From: an uncultured delta proteobacterium
GTDB taxonomy: Bacteria; Desulfobacterota; Binatia; UBA9968
DNA: 64,000 bases
Assembly (NCBI GenBank): GCA_963728565.1
Contig: CAVSLC010000013.1
Location: 64,001-128,000 of the forward strand
Direction of reading: 5' to 3'
In this document: positions 39,996 through 50,113 of the stretch, one piece after another
How the letters are laid out: the number at the start of each line of letters is the position of its first letter
Position numbering within the stretch: position 1 is the first letter of the stretch
Notes under the pieces: generated by a model
Database searches by the model: none
The model's input: only the letters and a program-made list of their open reading frames with translations
What the model was told of the DNA's origin: nothing
Made by a program: the position numbers and the translations under genes

Positions 39996-40805
39996 CGCCA
40001 ATATTTGCCTACTCAAGATCTCTCCCACAAATACACCCAACAGCGCGATATAGAACAAACCTGTTGCCGCCATTGTGTGCGGAATCAGCAAGGTCCGCCA
40101 AATCATCCAAGAGAGAACCAATGGTCCCAGGTATCCGATCACGATTCGAGTGATCAACAGGGTCGAGTGATCGGTCCATAGTCTTTCAACTTCCGCAATA
40201 CTGTGGTCGGTGCCGAGAAACTGGAGCGACAAAAAAGCAACTAACGAGAAGCCACTCTGGACCGCAAGAGAAATGACAAAGAATTTAAAGATCCGAAGAA
40301 ATGGGTCAAGTGTCTGGCCGGTATCGATCAAGTACCAGTGTCCAATAAGCATTCCAACCGTGACGCTGCCAAGTAGAAGCGCGGACAGAAAGAAGGATAG
40401 CGGGTAAACCAGAGTTTCGATCGAGCCAATTGGTGCCTCGTAAAAGCTATGAGCGCTCAAAAAAAGCCCGGCAAGGCCTGCAAGAATACAAGCTGCGAAC
40501 GTTTTGGCTCTAAAGGCTTGTCTCTCGCCCCAAAGCGAGACGATATAGCAGGCGAAAAAAGCGATGAAGAGAAAATGCGCAAGCGCCTCAGCGGCCACGA
40601 TTCGGCTAAAACTGTCCAATATACTCCGCAAATAGAGGTTAGCTTTTCCCCAAAAGCCGAGGACGGCAATTACAAACAGCACGCCACCGGTTGATTTGTA
40701 AAACGCCCGATCGAGTTCGTGGAATGGGGTGAATGCCAATCCAAAGAGGCCGCCCAGAGCAATTTGATAGAAAAAAACTAGAAAGCTGCTGGAGAATCCT
40801 CGCAT
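39975..40805 (-). CDS. Multi-TM membrane protein of unknown function (GHWYL motif)
   Basis: About 8 TM helices, MLIGHWYL and HTMAATGLFY motifs; starts 3 nt after the menG stop. Confidence 0.7.
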   Translation of the reverse strand: MRGFSSSFLVFFYQIALGGLFGLAFTPFHELDRAFYKSTGGVLFVIAVLGFWGKANLYLRSILDSFSRIVAAEALAHFLFIAFFACYIVSLWGERQAFRAKTFAACILAGLAGLFLSAHSFYEAPIGSIETLVYPLSFFLSALLLGSVTVGMLIGHWYLIDTGQTLDPFLRIFKFFVISLAVQSGFSLVAFLSLQFLGTDHSIAEVERLWTDHSTLLITRIVIGYLGPLVLSWMIWRTLLIPHTMAATGLFYIALLGVFVGEILSRQILALTSLPI

Positions 40806-40808
40806 GCT

Positions 40809-41531
40809 TTATTTTTGATTCGGTTTATTTGCGACATGAAGACATACCGCGCCAAATAGAAATCGTTGCAGTGTGACCCGCTCGAAGCCGCATTGTTCAA
40901 GTAGTTCCGAAACTTTCTCCGGGGGCACAAACTGGCGCACAGAGTCCGACAGATATCGATATGCGCGGCGATCCCTGGCGAGAAAGCCGCCGATTAAAGG
41001 CATGAAGCGATAGAAGTAGAACGCATACAGGGTCGCGAAAAGACCTTTCGATGGCGGAAACATATCCAAAGAAGCCATCCGTCCGCCAGGTTTTAAAACT
41101 CGGAAAGCCTGAACAAAGAAGAGCCGCAGATCAGAAACATTACGTAATACGAATCCAGTCATAACGCCATCGAAAACATGGTCTCGAAATGGCGGCATGA
41201 GTGCGTTTGCCTGAAGAAACTCTGTTCTGCTGAACTTTCGGCTCTGCTGCTTGACTCTCGCCAGCTGTATCATTTTGAAGGAAAAATCCAACCCAACGAC
41301 TTTGCCCTGGACGCGGAGGGATTTGCCTGCGGCAAATGTTAGGTCCCCGGTACCGGTGCCGAGATCGAGGATTTTTTCATTACCGCTTTTAACAACCGCC
41401 GATACGGCTTTTTTTCTCCACCAGGCATCCAATCGGAAACTGATAACCCGATTGAGTAGATCATACCGATCGGCAATGCGATCGAACATGCGCTGCACAT
41501 TGTCATTGCCCGGATTGTCGACGGATCCCAT
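40809..41531 (-). CDS. menG: Demethylmenaquinone methyltransferase (UbiE/MenG)
   Basis: MFDRIADRYDLLN, LDLGTGTGD, FVLRNV, RVLKPGG, AYRYLSDS. Confidence 0.9.
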   Translation of the reverse strand: MGSVDNPGNDNVQRMFDRIADRYDLLNRVISFRLDAWWRKKAVSAVVKSGNEKILDLGTGTGDLTFAAGKSLRVQGKVVGLDFSFKMIQLARVKQQSRKFSRTEFLQANALMPPFRDHVFDGVMTGFVLRNVSDLRLFFVQAFRVLKPGGRMASLDMFPPSKGLFATLYAFYFYRFMPLIGGFLARDRRAYRYLSDSVRQFVPPEKVSELLEQCGFERVTLQRFLFGAVCLHVANKPNQK

Positions 41532-41586
41532 CTATTGACGCTCAGCGATATTATTCTGATTCCAAACGTAAGTGCGGCCGCGTCGG

Positions 41587-42630
41587 TCAAAAATCTCGAT
41601 CAATGATGAGTTGAACGAGGGTTTTCAATCCATTGCGATAAAGAGAGGGGGGCAGCTTCTTGATGGACTTTAGTGCATCTCCAGCATAGTGTTTAGAGAT
41701 TGTCTTCGCCGCTTCTATAGCGTTTCCGGTTCTCAGCGCCGCAAGGGCAGCAGCGATTTGATTTTCGCTCGGCTGCTCGCATTCGAAGGCCTCACAAACG
41801 GCGCTTTCCCTGGCTTGCAACGCAAGAATGATGGGCAACGATGGATTGCCGTCGCGCAAATCCATTCCAGTAGGTTTTCCTAAGAGCTCAACGTGTCCGA
41901 CAACGTCAAGAATATCGTCGACGACCTGGAAGGCGATTCCCATATTGAGACCATAGCGTTCAGTTGCCTCAATTTGATTTGAGTCGGCGCCGGCGAGATA
42001 AGCGCCGACTTTGCCTCCAGTATGAAACAGCGAAGCGGTTTTCCTTTTGACGATTTCTATATAATCGTCGAGGGTGACCTCTCGGTTGCGATTGAAGCGG
42101 CCCTGCAGCATCTCTCCTTCGGTCAGCAGTGAGCAGGCATCGGCTGTCCATTGCACAACTCTCTCATCGAACTTTCCTGCAAACTCGAAGGCTTTGATAA
42201 AAAGAAAATCGCCCGCGACGAGCGTAGATTTAAGCCCAAATTTCTTATAGGCCGAGTCTTTTCCACGCCGGGTCTCAGCCCCGTCAATGATATCATCATG
42301 AAGCAGAGTTGCCGTGTGGATAAGTTCCATCGCGGCAGCAATATCGACGATATCACTTGCTTTTTTACCTCCGAACGCTAAAAAAGCCAGAATCGTCACG
42401 GCCGGACGAACGCGCTTGCCACCGCCGAGAATTGTGTGAGCTGCAATATCAGTTAGTGATTGCTCGCGAGAACGAATCGCGCGCGCCAGCGTCTCTTCGA
42501 CGAGTTGAAGTTCTTCGCCAATATAGCGAAAGGGATCGCTGCGTCCCTGTAGAGAAGGAATTCTGGAGCCCAAACTCGTAAAGGTATCCGCGGAAGATTT
42601 TAGCGTCTTGCTTTTTGTCTCGTGGATCAA
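41587..42630 (-). CDS. Polyprenyl diphosphate synthase (HepT/IspB-like)
   Basis: GGKRVRP, LLHDDIID..RRG, KTASLF, FQVVDDILD, GKPTGMDL. Confidence 0.92.
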   Translation of the reverse strand: MIHETKSKTLKSSADTFTSLGSRIPSLQGRSDPFRYIGEELQLVEETLARAIRSREQSLTDIAAHTILGGGKRVRPAVTILAFLAFGGKKASDIVDIAAAMELIHTATLLHDDIIDGAETRRGKDSAYKKFGLKSTLVAGDFLFIKAFEFAGKFDERVVQWTADACSLLTEGEMLQGRFNRNREVTLDDYIEIVKRKTASLFHTGGKVGAYLAGADSNQIEATERYGLNMGIAFQVVDDILDVVGHVELLGKPTGMDLRDGNPSLPIILALQARESAVCEAFECEQPSENQIAAALAALRTGNAIEAAKTISKHYAGDALKSIKKLPPSLYRNGLKTLVQLIIDRDF

Positions 42631-42906
42631 AAAAACTCCGTGCGGCGGAGGCGAGAAGAGTTAGCAGGAAAATGTCATAGTTCGATAATCAGGTCAAGCC
42701 GATGTCGAATCACGTTCTAGTCGTGCGGATCATCCGGTTTTCGAAAATCCATGCTTTATCCGTTTGCGGCCGGAATTCTAAAAGATCCATCCAGCTTGCG
42801 TCGGAAAGGTCGACGTTTGCCTTGACAAATTCGGTAATGCCCTAATATATAAAAAAACAAACTACTCTGGATAAGTCCAGTGAAAGGCTAGGAGGAGGGG
42901 AGCTCT

Positions 42907-43602
42907 ATGGAAGCAGCGCATTTTTTCTTTCGATGGTTTCATTTTTTAGCTGGGATCACCTGGATCGGTATCTTGTATTATTTCAATTTCGTCCAGACAC
43001 CGTTTTTTGCAGAAACTGAAGCAAGCGTACGTACAGGAGCCATTCAGAAGCTTGTTCCTCGGGCCCTGTGGTGGTTTCGCTGGGCGGCGATGGTCACCTT
43101 TCTGGCCGGTTTGCTGATGTACCTGATGCGCCTAGGCGAGATGGGCGCGGGACTGTTCTTCACCTCATCGTACGGAGTGACAATCACTCTGGGCGGTCTA
43201 ATGGGGACCATCATGTTTTTCAACGTCTGGCTGGTCATTTGGCCCAATCAGCAGATCGTAATCGCATCGACGAACCAAGTGGCGAGCGGGGGTCAAGCAT
43301 TGCCGACGGCCGCAGCGGCGGCTCGACGCGGCGCTTTGGCATCAAGGACCAACGTCGTCTTTTCTGTTCCGATGCTCTTTTTTATGGGCGCTGCGAGTCA
43401 CTATCCCTCGCTGGTCGGACCATCGGCTGCATTCGGCATCTTCTGGGTTTTGTCGCTGATCATTATCGCCGCTGTGGAAATCAATCCGCTGGTCGGGACA
43501 CAAGGACCAACCAAGAAATTCTTGGATTCTGTTTCCGGCGCATTGTGGGCTGGGTTTATTCTTACCGCTATTTTTTACGTTCTATTGCTTGCCCTTATGT
43601 AA
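42907..43602 (+). CDS. Urate_ox_N / PuuD-like membrane domain protein (no fused cytochrome c)
   Basis: RWFHFLAGITWIG, WWFRWAA, GTIMFFNVWLVIWPNQQ, SRTN...PMLFFM..SHYP. Confidence 0.8.
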   Translation: MEAAHFFFRWFHFLAGITWIGILYYFNFVQTPFFAETEASVRTGAIQKLVPRALWWFRWAAMVTFLAGLLMYLMRLGEMGAGLFFTSSYGVTITLGGLMGTIMFFNVWLVIWPNQQIVIASTNQVASGGQALPTAAAAARRGALASRTNVVFSVPMLFFMGAASHYPSLVGPSAAFGIFWVLSLIIIAAVEINPLVGTQGPTKKFLDSVSGALWAGFILTAIFYVLLLALM

Positions 43603-43609
43603 AGGCAGG

Positions 43610-43952
43610 TCAACGAAGGTAGGCCGCAAGATACGGAATTTCTGACTTCAAAAACGGAAATTGCGGCATTACCTTGGTCGGACGTTTTGGCTTATAGTTG
43701 GGCGGGTAGTTACTGGTTAGAACCCGGGTTTCGATCAATTCCTGATCGGAACCTTTCAGGGCTGGCCCTATCGGACCATCCTTCGAAGGATCGCTGTTGT
43801 GACATGCGACGCAATTGGCGATGTAAACAGCTCTTCCTCTTTCCCAATCAGGATCTTTGCTCTCCTGCGCCGCTTGATCCGAGTCTCTTGAACAGGCACT
43901 CAGGCCCACAGCCATCAAGACGATAACCAGACTTTATGAACGCATTTCCCAT
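43610..43952 (-). CDS. Lipoprotein monoheme cytochrome c (probable 5' frameshift in an A run near 43934)
   Basis: Lipobox LSAC, CVACH, distal Met in KVMPQF. Removing one A restores the signal MGNAFISLVIVLMAVGLSAC. Confidence 0.8.
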
Positions 43953-44157
43953 CTGAGGTCTTATCCATTTGCACCTGCTTGCTAACTCGGCCGCTCGGTC
44001 GCACCCGACTGACATCGTAAAGGTGACTCCGTTTCCATACCAATCGACTATCTCAATGATTGGTGAGAATGAGACACCGGGTTAACAGCATACCTTTCGT
44101 TCGGAAAAGATGATTCGGTGATATTAGAGAAATCCTGGCGTGTATGTTAATAATTGT

Positions 44158-44244
44158 TGGTGCGAAAGAGGGGAGTCGAACCCCTACGAGTGTTACCTCA
44201 CAGGATCCTGAATCCTGCGCGTCTACCAATTCCGCCACTTTCGC
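44158..44244 (-). tRNA. tRNA-Leu (CAG)
   Basis: GCGAAAGTGGCGGAATTGGTAGACGCG-CAGGA-TTCAGGA-TCCTG, long variable arm, GTTCGACTCCCCTCTTTCGCACCA; 87 nt. Confidence 0.93.
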
Positions 44245-44331
44245 GAAGATTAGCGCGCGGCACGCTCTTTCATTTATTAGCTTGGGGCCGATGGGTTGTC
44301 AACGATGTGATTCCATTTACCGGGAAAGCGA

Positions 44332-44847
44332 ATGAGTAAGATTTTAGTCGTTGAGCCCTACAAAATCCTACAAAGAGCGATTGCGGTGAGTTTTTTTCCT
44401 GAACATCAAGTTCAGGTAACTGAGCAGGTTCCAGAGATGAGCGCGCTTGAGCAGCGCGCTTATGATATCGCCATCGTTGATGCCGGAGCGCTGCGCGAAA
44501 AGGATGCGGCCGGCGATCTGAACCGCTGTTTCCAGGACTGGCCGATACCGATAATTTGGCTGGAGGAGAATACTCCAACGGCCGCGCCGGTACGCGACAA
44601 ACTGGTGGTTTTACATAAGCCGATCGTGAGGAAGGATCTCCTCGCGGCGCTGACTCGCTGTCAGGCGCAAGGAACAACCTTTCCACCGGCGGACCTTGAT
44701 CAGAAGCTCCAGAAGACAGTTTTGATGGACACTGACGTCAAGCCGGATTTGGAGCAAAGAGCGACAATTATAGAACTCGTAGATGTCGTTGAGGAAGAAG
44801 CAACAGCTCGTATGCGAGACGAGTGGCAGGAGAGAAAGAAACAATAG
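44332..44847 (+). CDS. Atypical (pseudo-)receiver domain protein with acidic C-terminal motif
   Basis: KILVVEP, YDIAIVD, PIPIIWL and LHKP follow the REC topology; tail IIELVDVVEEE. Confidence 0.7.
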   Translation: MSKILVVEPYKILQRAIAVSFFPEHQVQVTEQVPEMSALEQRAYDIAIVDAGALREKDAAGDLNRCFQDWPIPIIWLEENTPTAAPVRDKLVVLHKPIVRKDLLAALTRCQAQGTTFPPADLDQKLQKTVLMDTDVKPDLEQRATIIELVDVVEEEATARMRDEWQERKKQ

Positions 44848-44850
44848 GCA

Positions 44851-47608
44851 ATGCAACTGGACAAAGCTTATTCGCATAAATCAGTCGAGGCGAAGTGGTA
44901 CCAACGTTGGAGCGAATCGGGAGCCTTCAAACCATCCAAAGGCGACGGACGTTATTTTTCGATGGTGATTCCGCCACCCAATGTAACGGGATCGCTGCAC
45001 ATGGGGCACGCTCTCAACAACACACTTCAAGACATACTGTGCCGGTACAAACGGATGGACGGGTTTCGCGTCCTATGGATTCCGGGCACCGACCATGCCG
45101 GCATCGCGACGCAGAATGTCGTTGAGCGGCGCCTCGCGGCCGAAGGGTTGAACCGTAATCAGCTGGGACGCGAGAAATTCATCGAGAGAGTTTGGTCATG
45201 GAAGCAGGAAGCCGGCGATGTCATTTTGCATCAGCTCAGAGCCCTGGGTGTTTCTTGCGACTGGGATCATGAACGATTCACTATGGATGAAGGTCTCTCG
45301 CCGGCAGTGCGCGAAGCTTTCGTGCGGCTGTGGGACGATAAGCTGCTATATCGGGCGCAACGATTGATCAACTGGTGTCCTCGCTGTAAAACGGCGCTCT
45401 CGGACATTGAGGTTATCCATCAAGAATCGGATGGTAATCTCTGGCATATCGGCTACCCTTTGGCGGAAGATCCGTCTAGAGAGCTCGTGGTCGCAACAAC
45501 CCGGCCGGAAACCATGCTCGGAGACACCGCGGTGGCGGTTCATCCCGACGACGAGCGCTATCAAAATCTCATCGGTCAAAATATCAGGCTGCCGCTGAGC
45601 GGACGCATCGTTCCGTTAATCGCCGATCCCTTTGTCGATCGCGAATTCGGCACCGGCGCTTTGAAGGTCACGCCGGGCCATGATTTCAACGACTTTGAGA
45701 TCGGCGAGCGATTCGCTCTCGATAGAATCAGTATCTTTGATGCCGAGGGCCGCATCGATGCCGCGGCCTTTCTGCAACGTGGCGAGACCGGCGAATGGAT
45801 CGATCGCTATCATGGGAAAGATCGTTTCGAAGCGCGCAGCCTAGTAGTTGCGGATTTGAAGGAGAAGGGATTTCTCCGGAAAATCGAACCTCACAAAATC
45901 TCCATGGGCCACTGCTATCGCTGCCAAACCGTCGTCGAGCCGTATCTCACACCGCAGTGGTTCGTCGGCTATCAAACCTTTGGCGGGCCCCGCCATCGGC
46001 GCAGTGCGCCAAGGCGATATTCGCATTATTCCTGAAGGATGGAGCAATTCTTACTTTGCCTGGATGGAAAACATCAAAGATTGGTGTGTCTCGCGACAAA
46101 TCTGGTGGGGGCATCAAATTCCCGCATGGTATTGCCGCTCGTGCGATAGGGAAAACATTGTCGAGGGCCATGCCGGCGAATACAGCCTGACGAAAGAAGC
46201 TCAACCGATCGTCTCCCGCGCCGCGCCGCAGATCTGCCCGCGCTGCGGCGGTGATGATTTAGTTCAGGACCCGGATGTTCTCGACACCTGGTTTTCTTCC
46301 AGCTTGTGGCCGTTTTCGACCTTGGGATGGCCTGAGAACACCGATGATCTGAGAAGCTTTTATCCAACCTCGACGTTGGTCACTGCCTTCGATATTCTAT
46401 TTTTCTGGGTTGCGCGCATGATCATGATGGGTCTCAAGTTTATGGGTGATGTGCCGTTTCATGACGTTTACATACATGCGCTGGTGCGCGACGAGCAAGG
46501 TCAGAAAATGTCGAAGTCCAAAGGCAACGTCATCGACCCGTTGGATATCATGGCTGAATATGGCACGGATGCGTTTCGCTTCACCTTGGCTGCCATGGCT
46601 GCAATGGGACGTGACATCAAACTTGCGGAAGAGCGAATCTCCGGTTACCAGAATTTCGTCAACAAATTGTGGAACGCCTCCCGATTCGTTTTGATGAATT
46701 TAACGCAAAGCGAACCACCCCAACATGCTTCTGACCAACGTGCTCTCGACAGCGCGGAGCTTGGCTTGGCCGATCGGTGGATTCGGTCGCGTTTGGCTTC
46801 AACAGTTCGCGAAGCGCGCGCTGCCATCGATGGCTATCGTTTCAACGATTACGCCAATGTTCTGTATCAGTTTACCTGGCACGAATTCTGTGACTGGTAT
46901 ATCGAAATGAGCAAGTTGTCGCTTAATGCGACAGGTGGCGATAACCCTGAAAGAAGCCGGCGCATACTGGTTGAAGTCTTAGAGCAGATCCTCTTGTTAT
47001 TGCACCCGATCATGCCCTTTGTTACCGAGGAAATTTGGCAAGTGCTGGGTGACGGCAGAGGGACCATCATGCTCCAAAAGTATCCGGCAGTGAAACCAAA
47101 CTGGATCGATGCCGAAACCGAAAGGCAAATGGATTATTTGATGGCAGTAGTTAGGGCGATCAGAAATTTGCGGACCGAGCTGAATTGCCCGCCGGCCAAG
47201 CAAATCAAGGTTATCTTCCACGGCTCTGACGGCGATCTTGCGTTTCTTGGCGCGCAGATGCCTTATCTTCGTGCTCTGGCGCGAGTTGGTTCCGCTGATT
47301 ACCTTGCATCGGGAGATCGGCCCAAGGGAGTGGCGACTGCGGTGGTTGGATCGACGGAAATCTATCTTCCAATCGACGATCTTCTCGATCTTGACGAGGA
47401 ACGTGCACGACTGACGAAGGAGATCGCTAAGATTACCGACGAAATAACGCGTTCTCAAAAAAAGCTCGCTAATCCCGAGTTTGTCAATAAGGCCAAACCA
47501 GAGATCATTCAAAAGGAGCGGGAAAAGGCGATCCAGCATGAAGAAAAGCTTCGCACGCTTAAGGCTAGCGTAGAACAAATCAGGGAGATTCAGGCAGGAA
47601 GGAACTAG
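44851..47608 (+). CDS. valS: Valine--tRNA ligase (frameshift near 45968)
   Basis: [40 protein letters not shown]-terminal coiled coil. Confidence 0.95.
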
Positions 47609-47612
47609 GCAG

Positions 47613-48467
47613 ATGGATATTCTTGTTAGTCCCCAGATCGAACGGTTAATCCGCGATTCCTTAGACGAAGACATCGGCGCCGGCGACCTTGCGACAATGG
47701 CGACAATCTCGGCAGAATCTCAAGGCACGGGGCTTTTTCGCGCCAAGAAAGAAGGTGTTGTAGCGGGTTTGGTGCTGTTGGAGCGAATCTTCTATTTCAT
47801 TGATCCCAAAGTAAACGTAAGCCTCCTCACAAAAGACGGTACTCAGGTGGCACAAGGCACTGTAGTGGCCGAAGCCGCAGGGCCGGTCCGGGCGCTACTT
47901 TTGGCTGAACGAACAGCGCTGAACTTTCTTCAACGACTATCTGGAACCGCGACTCTAACGCGCCAGTACGTCGAGGCAGTGAAAGATTTTGCGTGTAAGG
48001 TGCTCGATACTAGAAAAACGACACCTGGACTACGGACTCTGGAGAAATATGCGGTTCGAATGGGGGGCGGAACGAATCACCGCATAGGACTGTATGATGC
48101 GGCTCTGGTAAAGGACAATCATATTGAAGCCACGGGATCCATCGCTGAAGCAGTCAAAGCGGTAAGACTGCATGCGCCGTTCATGGCTAAGGTCGAAGTC
48201 GAAGCCGGCAACTTAACGCAGGTTCAGGAAGCAATAGACGCGGGCGCCGATGTGATCATGCTCGACAATATGTCGATTGTCCAGATGGCGGAAGCGGTGC
48301 GTCTGGTAAACAAACGCGCTTGGGTGGAAGCCTCAGGCGGCATCACTCTTAACACCATTCGTCAGATCGCCGAGACTGGGGTCGATTTCATCTCGTCGGG
48401 CGCCCTGACGCATTCGGCTCCGGTGGTCGATTTCAACATGAAAATAACCATGAACGTCGGCAAGTGA
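47613..48467 (+). CDS. nadC: Nicotinate-nucleotide diphosphorylase (carboxylating)
   Basis: ERTALN, DTRKTTPG, HRIGLYD, KDNH, MLDNM, EASGG. Confidence 0.95.
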   Translation: MDILVSPQIERLIRDSLDEDIGAGDLATMATISAESQGTGLFRAKKEGVVAGLVLLERIFYFIDPKVNVSLLTKDGTQVAQGTVVAEAAGPVRALLLAERTALNFLQRLSGTATLTRQYVEAVKDFACKVLDTRKTTPGLRTLEKYAVRMGGGTNHRIGLYDAALVKDNHIEATGSIAEAVKAVRLHAPFMAKVEVEAGNLTQVQEAIDAGADVIMLDNMSIVQMAEAVRLVNKRAWVEASGGITLNTIRQIAETGVDFISSGALTHSAPVVDFNMKITMNVGK

Positions 48468-49291
48468 CCTTTCCGAAAATCATCGAGGCACGGCTGATTT
48501 ACCGCTCGATCTCAACTCAATCCGTCAACGATTAGCCGGGCAACGGCTCGGAACTGAGTTCCACTACTTTGCTGAGATCGGCTCCACCAATACCCACGCT
48601 CGCCGGCTGGCTGAACAAGGCGCGAGACAGGGCGAGTTGGTTATCGCCGATTCGCAAACAGACGGCCGCGGGCGCCTCGGCAGGCATTGGGTGTCGCCGC
48701 CCAATGTGAATCTGTATATTTCTTTCGTTTTGCGACCAAAACTCCCGCCCGCCAGAGTGCCGCAAATCACTCTGATGGCCGCCGTTGCTCTGGCTGAGAC
48801 GTTGCAGTCCTTCCTTCCAGTTCCTCCGTCTATCAAGTGGCCGAATGACATTACCGTGAACGGCAAAAAACTAGCGGGCATTTTGACCGAGGTGAACTGC
48901 GGCACCGAGTCTGTCGAGTTCGTGATTCTCGGCATCGGGGTAAACGTTAACTATCCCGTTGATCTGATGCCCGAGGAAATTCGCCAGCGCGCGACATCGG
49001 TTTTGGTTGAACGCCAAAACAAAGTAAGCCGAGAAGATCTGCTGTGGAGATTGATTCAAGACCTGGACCGGTGTTATGGAGAACTCGAGGTAAATGGTTT
49101 CGCGCCGCTGGCGACTCGTTGGGAGGCTTACTTTGGCTGGAGAGGGCAGCGGATGCGTATTGAGCTTTTGGATCAGGTTGCGTTTCGGCATAGCCAGAGG
49201 CATTGATCATGACGGCGCCCTATTACTCGAAGACGATCACGGCAGACTGCAAAGAGTCATCGCCGGAGACGTTACTCCAGTGAGCCAATAG
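48464..49291 (+). CDS. birA: Biotin--protein ligase, no N-terminal HTH (start uncertain; frameshift near 49180)
   Basis: [43 protein letters not shown]. Confidence 0.88.
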
Positions 49292-49295
49292 AATC

Positions 49296-50090
49296 ATGCT
49301 GCTCGCCATCGACATCGGTAATACTAATATCGTTCTTGGGCTGTATCAGGGGAAAAAGCTGATTACCCACTGGCGACTGCTCACCGAAGCTGAGCGCACC
49401 TCCGACGAATACGGCGTCATCATAGCCCATCTAGTCGATTATGAAGGATTTCATTGCAACCAGATTAGCGCCATCGTCGTATCCTGCGTGGTCCCGCCGA
49501 TGCTGACAATGATTCAGGAGCTGGGCAAGAAATTCTTTAAACTCGAACCATTGATTGTCGGCCCCGGCATTAAAACCGGAATGCCAATTCTCTATGAAAA
49601 TCCCAGAGACGTTGGCGCCGACCGGATTGTCAACGGCATAGCCGCCTACGAGCGATATAGGGAAGCGTGCATTATTGTCGATTTCGGGACTGCGACGACC
49701 ATCGATCTGATTTCAAAGAAAGGGGAATACGTCGGCGGTGCGATCGCGCCGGGTTTGTCGATCTCTTTGGAAGCGTTGTCGCAACGCGCCTCCAAGTTGC
49801 CCAGGATAGAAATCGTCAAGCCAAGGGAGGTTATCGGCCGCAACACGGTGAACTCGATACAGGCAGGGATATTTTATGGTTACGTCGGCCTGGTCGATGG
49901 CATCGTCAAAAGGATTCAGAAGGAAGGCGGAGTTCAGGCAAAGGTAGTCGCCACCGGAGGATTGGCGCCACTTGTGGCTGCGGAATGTTCGACAATCAGC
50001 GATGTTGATGAATTTCTAACGCTTCAGGGACTGCGGATTATCCATGAACGAAATTCTTTACAAGAGGTGAAGGTAAGAGCGCAAACATAG
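49296..50090 (+). CDS. coaX: Type III pantothenate kinase
   Basis: [31 protein letters not shown]. Confidence 0.93.
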   Translation: MLLAIDIGNTNIVLGLYQGKKLITHWRLLTEAERTSDEYGVIIAHLVDYEGFHCNQISAIVVSCVVPPMLTMIQELGKKFFKLEPLIVGPGIKTGMPILYENPRDVGADRIVNGIAAYERYREACIIVDFGTATTIDLISKKGEYVGGAIAPGLSISLEALSQRASKLPRIEIVKPREVIGRNTVNSIQAGIFYGYVGLVDGIVKRIQKEGGVQAKVVATGGLAPLVAAECSTISDVDEFLTLQGLRIIHERNSLQEVKVRAQT

Positions 50091-50113
50091 CGGAAAAGGA
50101 GGAACCCACAGTT

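Noticed and set aside
35905-44244. Region between tRNA-Met and tRNA-Leu as a possible genomic island
   Set aside because: No integrase, no duplicated tRNA 3' end seen, and the content is housekeeping.
48450-48500. Possible nadC-birA fusion if one A is removed near 48453
   Set aside because: An overlapping GTG start at 48464 with a separate indel explains it equally well; not decidable given the error rate.
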